Notes: a model not told the origin generated them from the letters alone. A stretch of 39,249 nt of DNA from a virus (IMGVR_UViG_2869936548_000010:1-39249); one strand, 5' to 3'. Positions 1-8,521 are shown, counted from the stretch's first letter. Made by a program: numbers and translations.

Positions 1-114
1 ATAAAACCGGGTGATGCAAAAGTAGCCATTTGATTCACAAGGCCATTGACGCATCGCCCGGTTAGTTTTAACCTTGTCCACCGTGATTCACGTTCGTGAA
101 CATGTCCTTTCAGG

Positions 115-190
115 GCCGATATAGCTCAGTTGGTAGAGCAGCGCATTCGTAATGCGAAGGTCGTAGGTTCGACTCCTATTATCGGCACCA
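115..190 (+). tRNA. thrW: tRNA-Thr (anticodon CGU)
   Basis: 76-nt cloverleaf read by eye: acceptor GCCGATA/TATCGGC, anticodon loop ttCGTaa, T-arm GTAGG-TTCGACT-CCTAT, 3' ACCA. Its 3' 46 nt are part of the att repeat. Confidence 0.9.
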
Positions 191-208
191 TTTAAATCAA
201 TAAGTTAC
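145..208. repeat. attL: 64-bp direct repeat (3' part of tRNA-Thr plus 18 bp) identical to 37500-37563
   Basis: Exact repeat attcgtaatgcgaaggtcgtaggttcgactcctattatcggcaccatttaaatcaataagttac at both ends of the phage gene block; the int stop codon lies inside it. Confidence 0.85.
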
Positions 209-1365
209 CTCGCATTTAAGTAAACCACGTTCTCCTCTTGTGCCGTATTTGTGCCATTGCGACTTATAATCGCATCGATTTTGCTTGCGTGCTCGGTGAG
301 ATGCCCGGCTGAAAGGTGGGCGTATCTTTGAACCATTTCGAGAGTTTCCCATCCTCCCATCTCTTTAAGTGCAAGAAGAGAGACACCGGACTGAACCAGC
401 CAGCTTGCCCAGGTATGCCTCAGATCATGGAAGCGGAAGTTGCTAATGCCTGCCCGCTTTAACGCTCCCTTCCATGCCTTGTTGCTGTCGGTTCTCATCT
501 TCCTTACCGCTGCTGTTTTTGTTCCGTCGCTTCGGTAGGCAGGTTTGGTGTGGACAAATACCCATCTCTTATGGAGCCCCTGCTGTTTTCTTAATATCTG
601 GCATGCGGTTTCGTTAAGAGGAACTCCGATCGCATTGCCAGCTTTTGTTTCATCAGGGTGCATCCATGCCATTTTCTTATCCAGATCGACCTGTGACCAC
701 TCAAGGTCTGTAACGTTGGAACGGCGAAGGCCTGTCGTGATTGCAAACATGACCACAGGGAAGAAGTGAGGAGCAATTTCTGCAAACAGGCGCTTCGATT
801 CCTCCTCTGTAAGCCATCTGATGCGTCCATTCTTAACGCGTGGTGTTGATATTTTGGGTGCCCTGTCAAGCCATCCCCATTCAACAGCCATATTGAGAAT
901 GGCGCGAAGTATTGCCAGATGCCTCGTCTTCGTTCCTTTGCTTGCAAGCTTTGGTTTATACTCCGGCACCGGATTGCCAAGTCGCAAACACCTGTCCCGG
1001 CTCATCTCCCAGTTCAGGCGATGGCGGCGGTTTTCCATCCCGTCTACCGCCTCCATTATTTTTTCTGTTGTTATGTCAGAGAGAATGGCTTCTCTGAAGT
1101 GCAACATCCAGAACGATATAATGCTCTTGTCATCATCAATGGACTTCTTATCCGATTTCTCACGCAGCCACCGTATGCAGGCTTCCTTGAATAGCTTTTT
1201 CGGTGATTCCCCGAGATTTTTTACTCTCCACGCTTCTGCTTTCAGACGATCGTGAAGTTCTTGCGCTTGCCTTTTGTCCGATGTTTCAAGAGAGCGTCTA
1301 ACTCTTGATCCATCTGGCGCGACGAAATCGCAGTGCCACGTGCCACCGCGTAGTTTGATTGACAT
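205..1365 (-). CDS. int: Phage integrase, tyrosine recombinase (P22 Int-like)
   Basis: 386-aa ORF next to the tRNA; C-terminal catalytic region with [16 protein letters not shown] and YAHL motifs; its stop sits in the att core. Confidence 0.9.
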   Translation of the reverse strand: MSIKLRGGTWHCDFVAPDGSRVRRSLETSDKRQAQELHDRLKAEAWRVKNLGESPKKLFKEACIRWLREKSDKKSIDDDKSIISFWMLHFREAILSDITTEKIMEAVDGMENRRHRLNWEMSRDRCLRLGNPVPEYKPKLASKGTKTRHLAILRAILNMAVEWGWLDRAPKISTPRVKNGRIRWLTEEESKRLFAEIAPHFFPVVMFAITTGLRRSNVTDLEWSQVDLDKKMAWMHPDETKAGNAIGVPLNETACQILRKQQGLHKRWVFVHTKPAYRSDGTKTAAVRKMRTDSNKAWKGALKRAGISNFRFHDLRHTWASWLVQSGVSLLALKEMGGWETLEMVQRYAHLSAGHLTEHASKIDAIISRNGTNTAQEENVVYLNAR

Positions 1366-1589
1366 GCTTTAACCTCCTGCACATCAACCGCATTCACCGC
1401 GCTATTGTGTCTCACAGACTTAAGCGCCGCAATGCAGTCTGACTTGCAAATGCGATATGGGCTTTTAGGTTTATCTGGATTTATCTTTGCGGCCTGAAGT
1501 CGTCCACTTCGTATCCACTGCGTGATAGTGCCTTTGTCTACCTTCAGATACGACGCTGCCTCTTCACGAGTGAAGATTTCTTCTTCCAC
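1242..1589 (-). CDS. xis: Excisionase (Xis-like)
   Basis: 115-aa ORF immediately upstream of int and overlapping its 5' end in another frame, as in P22 xis-int; small basic DNA-binding-like protein. Confidence 0.7.
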   Translation of the reverse strand: MEEEIFTREEAASYLKVDKGTITQWIRSGRLQAAKINPDKPKSPYRICKSDCIAALKSVRHNSAVNAVDVQEVKACQSNYAVARGTAISSRQMDQELDALLKHRTKGKRKNFTIV

Positions 1590-1679
1590 CTGGAATCTCC
1601 ATTTATTGGATTGGTATTATTGCGGTAGGTCTGGATATCATTGAGCAATGAACAGGCCTCATCGAGTATGAGGCTGTGG

Positions 1680-2024
1680 TTAGTCCTTGCGTAACTCGCT
1701 AATTCTTCTGTAAGTCTCTGGTGCTTTGTTTCCGTGTATCTTCATTTCAGACTTCAACAGATCAACGAGGGAATCCCATTCGTTGAGGATGCCTTTGAAT
1801 GCCGGAACGCGCTTTGCAACCTTGTCGAATGAATCTCTGATTTCTGGGATCTGCTCAACAAGTGCAACGCATCGTCTGAAATCGGCTGCGTCATGTGGAG
1901 CGCCGAAGTGATGACCATAGATATTCTTTTTCAGTCCACATGCGATTGAGGCAAGAGTTGCGCTACTGATGCCGACATCGCCAGTCGATTGCCATTTCAA
2001 AACCTTCATAGCCAAATCTGACAT
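1680..2024 (-). CDS. Hypothetical protein (early-left accessory gene)
   Basis: Track ORF 1680..2051; start moved to ATG 2024 because GGAGA lies 6 nt upstream and the 2051 ATG sits inside a hairpin loop. Confidence 0.5.
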   Translation of the reverse strand: MSDLAMKVLKWQSTGDVGISSATLASIACGLKKNIYGHHFGAPHDAADFRRCVALVEQIPEIRDSFDKVAKRVPAFKGILNEWDSLVDLLKSEMKIHGNKAPETYRRISELRKD

Positions 2025-2044
2025 TTCTTGTCTCCAATAAAAAA

Positions 2045-2058
2045 CCGCCATCAGGCGG
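2045..2058 (-). terminator. Hairpin ccgcc-atca-ggcgg followed by a T-run on the minus strand (putative intrinsic terminator)
   Basis: Minus-strand read gccgcctgatggcgg followed by ttttttatt; lies between the zinc-ribbon gene and the 1680..2024 gene. Confidence 0.5.
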
Positions 2059-2124
2059 CTTGGTGTTCTTTCAGTTCTTCAAATCGAATATTGGTTACAT
2101 TGTTTTCATATATGAATAAATAAA

Positions 2125-2304
2125 TTAGCTTTTTTCGTTGCCTTCGCGTTCTTTATTAATTTTGACAAACTCGTTTTTACCACGCTCTCCAAATGCGTCT
2201 TTAGAGTCGTTGTATCCGCAATCGCAGCACACATAATCACCAGACCATCCACGCATTGTTTTTTCTTTTGCAATATTTCCAGAACCGCATTTTGGACAAG
2301 ACAT
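2125..2304 (-). CDS. Small zinc-ribbon protein (CxxC...CxxC)
   Basis: Track ORF 2125..2337; start moved to ATG 2304 with GGAGG 7 nt upstream; protein MSCPKCGSG...CCDCGY has two Cys pairs. Confidence 0.5.
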   Translation of the reverse strand: MSCPKCGSGNIAKEKTMRGWSGDYVCCDCGYNDSKDAFGERGKNEFVKINKEREGNEKS

Positions 2305-2400
2305 ATCACTACCTCCAAAGCATGAGTGAGATGACAACGTAACATTGATTGGAGATTAACAATAGATTGCTGATGTAAAAGATATGTATAAGCTTCGCTT

Positions 2401-3075
2401 TCAAAGTGGAGGCTCTGGTAGCGGCATCCAGTGAGTTACGTCATCCAAGATATATCCTGATAAATACGTGAAAGCTCTATATTTTTTGTAATCAATTGGA
2501 TTTGCAACCCAGTTCCAATATGCGGCCACGATTTCACCTTGACTAAATGCCAGTAACATTTTGGTGTCTTCCGGCATTCGATCACTACAGCTTATCCAAC
2601 CATCAGGAGTTACCGGAGAGTTGCCACCGGGAATATTTTCCGGAATATTTTGTTGTGCGTTTTGTGGTTGTTCGGATTTACCCTGAAGCATGGCGGCGCG
2701 GCAGGCGTTCCAGCCAGCTGTTCGCCCAAGCGCGTAAACTTCAGATGGCTCAAGATAATCAATGTCATGCCCATCCTCATCGTCGTTCTCAGGTAATGCA
2801 GCAGGTACTACCGGTACTGGCGGAGCGGCGTAGACTTCAATAATCCCATTATCAATAGGCCATTCCCCATCCTTGATGTAGTCACTTGTGCCGTCAACTT
2901 GCTGTTCTGCAATGTGGAATGCGCCAATAGGCTCTGCTTCCAGCGATGCCAGTGCAATACGCAGGGCAGCCAGGATATTCCCCTGGTAATCATCAAGCCC
3001 GAAAGGAAGCTCATCACGAACGCTTTCATAATCGTTGATAGCCTGCTGCAGCCATTCTCTTGTGATAGTGCTCAT
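2401..3075 (-). CDS. DUF551-family phage protein
   Basis: 224-aa ORF ending ...THWMPLPEPPL, the C-terminal signature I recall for DUF551; AAGGAG-type RBS; ATGA start/stop overlap with the upstream gene. Confidence 0.65.
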   Translation of the reverse strand: MSTITREWLQQAINDYESVRDELPFGLDDYQGNILAALRIALASLEAEPIGAFHIAEQQVDGTSDYIKDGEWPIDNGIIEVYAAPPVPVVPAALPENDDEDGHDIDYLEPSEVYALGRTAGWNACRAAMLQGKSEQPQNAQQNIPENIPGGNSPVTPDGWISCSDRMPEDTKMLLAFSQGEIVAAYWNWVANPIDYKKYRAFTYLSGYILDDVTHWMPLPEPPL

Positions 3076-3644
3076 GATGCCTCTCCTTTACATGCTTCGG
3101 TGACGTTTATTCCAGCGTTGTGCAGTGCCTCAAGAACCTGATGCTGCCTGTAAACCATTTCAGTGTGGTAAGGCTCGTCAAAATCGACGCGATGCAACAT
3201 GCTATAGCATTGCGGAAGCACAACCTCCCGCGCCTCCAGTTCAGCGATGCGCTTCTCTGCGGCTTCTGTTTTTCTCCTTAACGCCTCGCTACAACCATCA
3301 GCTTTTCGGATTGCTAACTCCAAGTGTTTATTCAGCGCTTCTGCGGCTTCCAGCTCAACGCGCAGCTTCCCTACCGTTAGCGCAATTTCCTCGTTCTCCT
3401 GGTCGCGGGATTTGATGTATTGCTGGTTTCTTTCCAGCTCATCCAGCAGCGCCAAGACGGTAGCGGGATTGGCTGCGGCGATGAAAGCAGCATCACGCGA
3501 TTCGTTTTCACTGAACACCATAGCTATTTGCTCATGGTTCACGCCGTCAGTGGAGTAAATCTCATCGTCGAATTCAACAGCCCACTGACCTTTCGTAGCC
3601 TTCTCTGCGGCCTCACGCAGTGCCTGGTAATTAATCTCGCTCAC
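3072..3644 (-). CDS. Ead/Ea22-like protein
   Basis: 190-aa ORF starting (GTG)[20 protein letters not shown], coiled-coil middle; AAGGAGG 6 nt upstream of the GTG. Confidence 0.6.
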   Translation of the reverse strand: MSEINYQALREAAEKATKGQWAVEFDDEIYSTDGVNHEQIAMVFSENESRDAAFIAAANPATVLALLDELERNQQYIKSRDQENEEIALTVGKLRVELEAAEALNKHLELAIRKADGCSEALRRKTEAAEKRIAELEAREVVLPQCYSMLHRVDFDEPYHTEMVYRQHQVLEALHNAGINVTEACKGEAS

Positions 3645-3808
3645 TGGTTGCCTCCTTTACGCCACATCGCATTCAGATATTTGTTTTGATTCACTGATGG
3701 AAAAGAATTTCTCTTAAGCAATTCCTCTCTCGATGGCATTGGCTTTACGCGTTGGCGAATAATCATTTCTGCCGGAAGAATGCCGGGATTGTATGCAAGT
3801 CCTCTCAT
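3641..3808 (-). CDS. Small hypothetical protein (55 aa), not in the ORF track
   Basis: ATG at 3808 with AGAGGA 7 nt upstream; its TGA overlaps the GTG start of the Ead gene (translational coupling). Confidence 0.4.
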   Translation of the reverse strand: MRGLAYNPGILPAEMIIRQRVKPMPSREELLKRNSFPSVNQNKYLNAMWRKGGNQ

Positions 3809-3824
3809 GGTAAATTCCTCTTTG

Positions 3825-4139
3825 TTAATTTATTCGTATGCCTGCTCTTTCTTCATCGAGTTTTTTTAGCTTGTATCGCATAGCTCTTACTGAATAAATT
3901 GAGCGGCAGGTTGCAATTGCTATTTCTTCTGCGGAGAACTTACCGAAAAGTGATACTTCGGCTCTTGTCCATCGTCTTCCACGAAGTCGGCTAACAATGT
4001 CAGCGCCAATCCTTGTTGCTTTCGCCATTACTGCTTTTTCAGTCCTTTCCAGTTTTTCTGCGATAACTTCAACTGGCATTGTCGCCGCTACCTCGCGCAA
4101 GAAATCGACTTCCCATTTCTCCCATGGAGTCTTTTTCAT
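3825..4139 (-). CDS. Hypothetical protein
   Basis: 104-aa ORF, tightly packed between flanking minus-strand genes. Confidence 0.5.
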   Translation of the reverse strand: MKKTPWEKWEVDFLREVAATMPVEVIAEKLERTEKAVMAKATRIGADIVSRLRGRRWTRAEVSLFGKFSAEEIAIATCRSIYSVRAMRYKLKKLDEERAGIRIN

Positions 4140-4150
4140 AGGCGATACCG

Positions 4151-4633
4151 TTATTTGATAAGAAGTGAAGGTTTCCCAACTTTGAGTTGAGCACCGGGGA
4201 TATTTATTCCTGCTTTTAGTTGGTGTTTGATTGCCAGTTTGTCGGCTTTAATTGTCGTTTCGAACTCAACGTATTCAGGAGGAAGGGCGCTTGAGTCGAT
4301 GATTTCTACAGTTTCTGACGGTTTGCGGATTGTTACCTGGTGAATACCTGCTCGAATCTTTTTCTTGCCAACCATTTCAAGCGATGACGCTATATACGCC
4401 ATAATGCTGTCAATCTTATTTTGAATTACTGCGGCTCGCTCATTTAGTGACTTTGCCTCGTCCTTGAGGCGTTCAGCATAACCATATTCATTTTTAATAA
4501 TGGCAAGAAGTTGCTCTATTTTATCGGTAAATTCTCCTTCCATGCCTTCTATTGTGTCAGCAATCATCTCTGGCTCTAAATCTGAATCCATCAGCTTTGC
4601 GTATTCATTGGCTATTTCATACAGTTTGCTCAC
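4151..4633 (-). CDS. Gp157-family protein (often found beside RecT/Erf recombinases)
   Basis: Track ORF 4151..4639; likely GTG start at 4633 with GGAGG 6 nt upstream; family call from recalled similarity. Confidence 0.55.
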   Translation of the reverse strand: MSKLYEIANEYAKLMDSDLEPEMIADTIEGMEGEFTDKIEQLLAIIKNEYGYAERLKDEAKSLNERAAVIQNKIDSIMAYIASSLEMVGKKKIRAGIHQVTIRKPSETVEIIDSSALPPEYVEFETTIKADKLAIKHQLKAGINIPGAQLKVGKPSLLIK

Positions 4634-5519
4634 TGGCAACCTCCAGTTTCGCTTTGCATTCTATGTAAATGGCTTGTACGTTCTGCTGCAATTTCATTCC
4701 AGATGTCAGGCGATATGCTTCTGCAAAATATCGCTTCAAATCATCCATGTTTTCTGCCTGAGCCATTTCATCGCAAAGAAGTTGTGCTTTATCCATTATT
4801 TCCTGCTGGCGTTTCCGTTCATCTTCGCGGATATCTTCCTCTGATTTGTGCGGCATAACTGGTTCCTGATGCATACCTTCATCTTCGTTAAGCAGGTGAA
4901 TGGCATTATCCAGTCGCTGGGCTTTAGGCCAGTATTTGCTGGCGCGTTTAACTATTGTTTTACGCGCCATCTCTTCCCAGAATGTTTTCCACGGTCCATT
5001 CTTTGCCTTGCTCGTTGCTTCCACAGCTTTAATTTCTGCCAGACTCATTTCTTCAGTCAGGTAGTCACCATCTGCTGTTTTAACCGTGCAATAACCTCCA
5101 ACAATAGAGCCTCGCTCACCAAATGCGTTGTATTTGTGGGTTGGTGCTGAATCAAGGCCATTTGATTCATAGGTGTCGTTTGAGTACACCAGTTTGCATT
5201 GCCCCCACTTAATTGATCCTGTCGATTGCGCAAGATGAAGTAATCCCATGTAACTGATATCAAGGCACACCATGCCGTCGCGAGGAACCAGATAAGCCAG
5301 TTTGCTGGCCGGGTTTAAGGTGATGCCGATCGCCGCAACATTGATGATGGCGTTCTGTGCGCTGGTTGGATTTGCCAGTGCTGTTTTAGCCAGGTAATCG
5401 TTTTTCTGGAAATACTGAATTGCAAACTGGCTTTCCTTAGCCCATGTCACCGTCTGTTCAGTCAATGCTCCGCAGAATAACTGCTCCTGCTGTTTAACGA
5501 ATTCAACGATATTGCTCAT
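4617..5519 (-). CDS. recT: RecT-family single-strand annealing recombinase
   Basis: 300-aa ORF, RecT-like by recalled similarity; sits where erf lies in P22 and bet in lambda. Confidence 0.75.
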   Translation of the reverse strand: MSNIVEFVKQQEQLFCGALTEQTVTWAKESQFAIQYFQKNDYLAKTALANPTSAQNAIINVAAIGITLNPASKLAYLVPRDGMVCLDISYMGLLHLAQSTGSIKWGQCKLVYSNDTYESNGLDSAPTHKYNAFGERGSIVGGYCTVKTADGDYLTEEMSLAEIKAVEATSKAKNGPWKTFWEEMARKTIVKRASKYWPKAQRLDNAIHLLNEDEGMHQEPVMPHKSEEDIREDERKRQQEIMDKAQLLCDEMAQAENMDDLKRYFAEAYRLTSGMKLQQNVQAIYIECKAKLEVASEQTV

Positions 5520-5827
5520 GCAGCTTCTCCAAAAATGTGTCTGCGTTTGAATATTGCGAAGGCATATTCAGCCTTAACTCTTTCGGTTATTGCATCCCAG
5601 AACCATTCAGCGGCTTTTTCCTGATAGTTACAGTCATCATCTTCCAGCCAGTCGATAGCGTCCTTAGTGTGTTCATCTGGTTTATATGAGCGAAGCATTT
5701 CGCTTATTGGGTCGCAACGTTTGCAGAGGCGATCAACTTCACTGTTGATTCGTTCGTAATCATCATCGGTAAAACTTGCGATGATTTGCGATATTTCACG
5801 CTTATCATTCAGAGTCAGAATCATCAT
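5516..5827 (-). CDS. Hypothetical protein (acidic, kil/arf-position gene)
   Basis: 103-aa ORF; ATGA overlap with recT start. Confidence 0.5.
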   Translation of the reverse strand: MMILTLNDKREISQIIASFTDDDYERINSEVDRLCKRCDPISEMLRSYKPDEHTKDAIDWLEDDDCNYQEKAAEWFWDAITERVKAEYAFAIFKRRHIFGEAA

Positions 5828-5912
5828 CTTTCTCCTGTTCTTTGTGCTGATTGAGCATTTTGTTCATCTGACGAATGAATTCTTCGTCTGACCAGTTATC
5901 TGTAAAACTCAT
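5805..5912 (-). CDS. Small ORF (35 aa), not in the ORF track
   Basis: ATG 5912 overlaps the TGA of the CIII-like gene; encodes MSFTDNWSDEEFIRQMNKMLNQHKEQEKDDDSDSE; weak RBS. Confidence 0.3.
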   Translation of the reverse strand: MSFTDNWSDEEFIRQMNKMLNQHKEQEKDDDSDSE

Positions 5913-6079
5913 GGACGGCCTTGTTGTTTCAAAATATCCCAAAGCTTTTCGAGCAAACTTTTCATTCTTGGTTGTTTAAAGTCTGCTCCGGTTAAAATAT
6001 TTTTTCGTGAATGCTGTACCGATAAAATTGGGTTGAAAGGGCGAACCGATGCCGCCCCTGCAATAGCGAACTGTTGCAT
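5909..6079 (-). CDS. CIII-like protein (56 aa)
   Basis: Internal start of track ORF 5909..6184 with AAGGAG 6 nt upstream; begins MQQFAIAGA, resembling lambda CIII MQYAIAGW as recalled. Confidence 0.5.
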   Translation of the reverse strand: MQQFAIAGAASVRPFNPILSVQHSRKNILTGADFKQPRMKSLLEKLWDILKQQGRP

Positions 6080-6386
6080 AGGATGCTCCTTCTGTTTGAT
6101 TGCATAACGAAAACGCCTCGAATGAAGCGTTATTGGTATGCATATAAAAAAGCCCTCACACTGGAGGGCAAAGAAGATTTCCAATAATCAGAACAAGTCG
6201 GCTCCTGTTTAGTTACGAGCGACATTGCTCCGTGTATTCACTCGTTGGAATGAATACACAGTGCAGTGTTTATTCTGTTATTTATGCCAAAAATAAAGGC
6301 CACTATCAGGCAGCTTTGTTGTTCTGTTTACCAAGTTCTCTGGCAATCATTGCCGTCGTTCGTATTGTCCACTCCATTGATTCTTA

Positions 6387-6473
6387 TCAATAGTCGTAGT
6401 CATAAGGATAGTCCTGGTATTGTTCCATCACATCCTGAGGATGCTCTTCGAACTCTTCAAATTCTTCTTCCAT
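6387..6473 (-). CDS. Small highly acidic ORF (28 aa), not in the ORF track
   Basis: ATG 6473 preceded by GAGGTGA; encodes MEEEFEEFEEHPQDVMEQYQDYPYDYDY. Confidence 0.4.
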   Translation of the reverse strand: MEEEFEEFEEHPQDVMEQYQDYPYDYDY

Positions 6474-6535
6474 ATCTCACCTCAAATAAGTGGTTTGCTG
6501 CCAAAACAATGAACCATCCGGAAATTCCAGATAGT

Positions 6536-6763
6536 TCATAATTCACTCTTCAATACTTCCAACTTACTAATAGCCGATAGATATCCGCGCTGATAAGGCA
6601 TCATCATTCCTTCGAGCTTGCCACTTCTTAACTCCTCCCTGAGCAATTGTATTGCTTGATCAATAACCTCTGCCTTAGCGTCCTTTATGGCTTGCTTGCG
6701 GGGCTTTGCTTTCTGCTTTGGCAGATTTCTCAAGCATGATGGAATGTATGTCTGATTCATCAC
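6536..6763 (-). CDS. Hypothetical protein downstream of N
   Basis: 75-aa ORF; its start abuts the N stop codon. Confidence 0.45.
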   Translation of the reverse strand: MMNQTYIPSCLRNLPKQKAKPRKQAIKDAKAEVIDQAIQLLREELRSGKLEGMMMPYQRGYLSAISKLEVLKSEL

Positions 6764-7072
6764 TTACCTGGCTGTCAGTTGTTTTGATTTCCGGTAGCCT
6801 GCCGCGTAAAGAGCTACGTTTGGCAGGCAAATACTTCCACTGCATTCGTCGGTATTTTGGTTACGAATGTTGCCGAGTGATATTGCTTTTTCAGAAAGGA
6901 TTAAACGTTTTCTCGGGGCTTCCTGAACAGGTTCCTCACTGTCTGTGCCGAAGATCGAATCGATGATGTTGCATATAGCATCACGCTCGATAGCCAGCTT
7001 TCTGCGCCGCTCATGACGGCGAGTTTTGGCATTTCCTGCAAATGTTGATTTCCCGTACACGATTACCGTCAT
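6764..7072 (-). CDS. Antitermination protein N (P22 gene 24 type)
   Basis: Start at ATG 7072 gives MTVIVYGKSTFAGNAKTRRHERRRKLAIER; this arginine-rich motif matches the P22 N boxB-binding peptide as I recall it. Track ORF extends upstream to 7156. Confidence 0.85.
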   Translation of the reverse strand: MTVIVYGKSTFAGNAKTRRHERRRKLAIERDAICNIIDSIFGTDSEEPVQEAPRKRLILSEKAISLGNIRNQNTDECSGSICLPNVALYAAGYRKSKQLTAR

Positions 7073-7191
7073 GATATTTTCCTCATGTGAAATGGCTTTG
7101 GTGGTGATGCGCCAGGTGCTGATCTTCTGGTTGCTGTCGTTGCAGCTGCAATTCACATCACCGCCAAACCCATCTCGTTTGGTATCTGTTT

Positions 7192-7224
7192 GCGCTTTGT
7201 CAGCGCCCCATCGAAGTTAAAGAG
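7192..7224 (-). promoter_or_regulatory. nutL: boxA (GCTCTTTAA) and boxB hairpin (GCGCTGACAAAGCGC)
   Basis: Minus-strand boxB at 7192-7206 and boxA at 7216-7224, between pL and N; matches the P22 nutL boxB as recalled. Confidence 0.7.
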
Positions 7225-7271
7225 CCTGCCAATCTGTTCCGTTTGGCTTCCAGCTTCCTGCTGATGGCTAA

Positions 7272-7300
7272 ATAGTACGATGTGTACTTTATTGAGTCAA
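7272..7300 (-). promoter_or_regulatory. Putative pL: -35 TTGACT, 17-bp spacer, -10 TACTAT
   Basis: Minus-strand hexamers at 7300-7295 and 7277-7272, upstream of nutL and N; spacer carries an operator-like GTGTACTTTATTG motif. Confidence 0.5.
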
Positions 7301-7373
7301 TACAAAATGTTCTAAATGTGGTTAGTTTTTTATAACACTTTGTATTTTATTGATTTATATTTTGGAAAAAGAA

Positions 7374-7395
7374 AACCCGACGCTAAGGTCGGGTT
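7374..7395 (-). terminator. Intrinsic terminator downstream of the repressor gene
   Basis: Minus-strand hairpin aacccgac-cttagc-gtcgggtt followed by ttcttttt. Confidence 0.6.
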
Positions 7396-7425
7396 ATTGT
7401 TGTGTGTTTTAGAGTGGTGAGGCTG

Positions 7426-8085
7426 TTAACTAAATGTCTCTTCAGGCCACTGGCTGGCGATAACTTTCCCTACTACGGAACAGCTATCATTGCATGGGAT
7501 CATTGGATATTGCGGGTTTAGTGGTTGTAGGAACACCTGACCGCTATCCCTGATCAGTTTCTTGAAGGTAAACTCGTCACCACCAAGTCTGGCTATGCAG
7601 AAATCACCTGGCTCAACAGCCTGCTCAGGGTCAACGAGAATTAACATCCCGTCAGGAAAGCTTGGCTTGGATCCTGTTGGTGCGGTCATGGAATTACCTT
7701 CAACTTCAAGCCAAAACGCACAATCACTGGCTTTTTTGGTTGTGCTGACCCATCTCTCCGCATCACCTTTGGTAAAGGTTCTAAGCTCAGGCGAGAACAT
7801 CCCGGCCTGAACATGAGAAAAAACAGGGTACTCATATTGTTTTTTAACGGGGGCAGATGAGTATTCGCCAACAGGTGAAAATGTACCGTCGTGGTTGAAT
7901 GAGACGTTATCAATACCAAGGTATTTAAACACCACACCAATCTCGTCAAGAGATGGATGACGAGATCCGCGCAACCAGTGACCAATTCCACCCTGCGTCA
8001 TACCAAGCTCTTCAGCTAACTTCTCTTGAGTTATGCCGAGTTCTTTCATTCTGGATCTAGCCAGTTCATACCATTTCATCTTCAT
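7426..8085 (-). CDS. CI-type prophage repressor (HTH plus LexA-like S24 domain)
   Basis: N-terminal HTH ([21 protein letters not shown]) and C-terminal Ser/Lys autoproteolysis motifs (GNSMTAP, FKKL). Start at ATG 8085 or 8079; track ORF runs to 8160. Confidence 0.85.
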   Translation of the reverse strand: MKMKWYELARSRMKELGITQEKLAEELGMTQGGIGHWLRGSRHPSLDEIGVVFKYLGIDNVSFNHDGTFSPVGEYSSAPVKKQYEYPVFSHVQAGMFSPELRTFTKGDAERWVSTTKKASDCAFWLEVEGNSMTAPTGSKPSFPDGMLILVDPEQAVEPGDFCIARLGGDEFTFKKLIRDSGQVFLQPLNPQYPMIPCNDSCSVVGKVIASQWPEETFS

Positions 8086-8102
8086 ATCCTTATTATTACG
8101 CT

Positions 8103-8160
8103 CTGTACTAAAACCATCCATGCACAAGATGTATTTTTTGTTTGCATTCCAAAAGTACAT
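8103..8160. promoter_or_regulatory. OR operator region: three related 12-bp motifs
   Basis: CTGTACTAAAAC (8103), ATGTATTTTTTG (8129) and inverted CCAAAAGTACAT (8149); a similar GTGTACTTTATTG occurs in the pL spacer. Confidence 0.4.
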
Positions 8161-8170
8161 ATCGTATTAT
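8142..8170 (+). promoter_or_regulatory. Putative pR: -35 TTGCAT, 17-bp spacer, -10 TATTAT
   Basis: Hexamers at 8142-8147 and 8165-8170, about 27 nt upstream of the cro start. Confidence 0.6.
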
Positions 8171-8196
8171 TGTTTCATGGTTACTATGGAGGGCAT

Positions 8197-8412
8197 ATGA
8201 GCAACCTACGAAAATATCGAGAGTCACTGAATATCTCTCAAACAACACTTGCTAAGGCGGTTGGATGCACACAGGGAGCTATCGGACATTGGGAATCTGG
8301 TCGTCGCTTCCCAGACCTTAAAACATGCCGTGCTCTTGTTGCGTGCCTAAACAAGTTAGGCGCAAAAGTCAGTCTTGATGACGTGTTCCCGCCGGAACAC
8401 AAAGCCGCTTAA
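8197..8412 (+). CDS. cro: Cro-like HTH repressor
   Basis: 71-aa ORF with GGAGGG RBS; HTH TQGAIGHWESG closely resembles the CI recognition helix. Track ORF 8026..8412 extends upstream through the operators. Confidence 0.8.
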   Translation: MSNLRKYRESLNISQTTLAKAVGCTQGAIGHWESGRRFPDLKTCRALVACLNKLGAKVSLDDVFPPEHKAA

Positions 8413-8422
8413 TAAGCGGATC

Positions 8423-8457
8423 AGCTCTTTATCAATCTGCACCGCCGACAACGCGGT
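8423..8457 (+). promoter_or_regulatory. nutR: boxA (AGCTCTTTA) and boxB hairpin (ACCGCCGACAACGCGGT)
   Basis: Just downstream of cro; boxB matches the P22 nutR boxB as recalled; a further stem-loop ctcatc-gaaa-gatgag at 8471-8486 may be tR1. Confidence 0.7.
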
Positions 8458-8521
8458 AACTAATTAATCACTCATCGAAAGATGAGTATTAGTGATTATT
8501 TACCTATGGAAATAGTAAGAA

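Noticed and set aside
545-1255. Several ORFs (74-144 aa, both strands) nested inside the integrase gene
   Set aside because: They fully overlap a well-supported 386-aa integrase and have no RBS or recognisable domains.
6266-6541. 91-aa plus-strand ORF in the N-cIII interval
   Set aside because: It is antisense to the minus-strand small genes of the pL operon, lacks an RBS and looks non-protein-like.
8026-8196. N-terminal extension of the cro ORF to 128 aa
   Set aside because: The extension runs through the pR/operator region and the CI start; a GGAGGG RBS and ATG at 8197 give a canonical 71-aa Cro.
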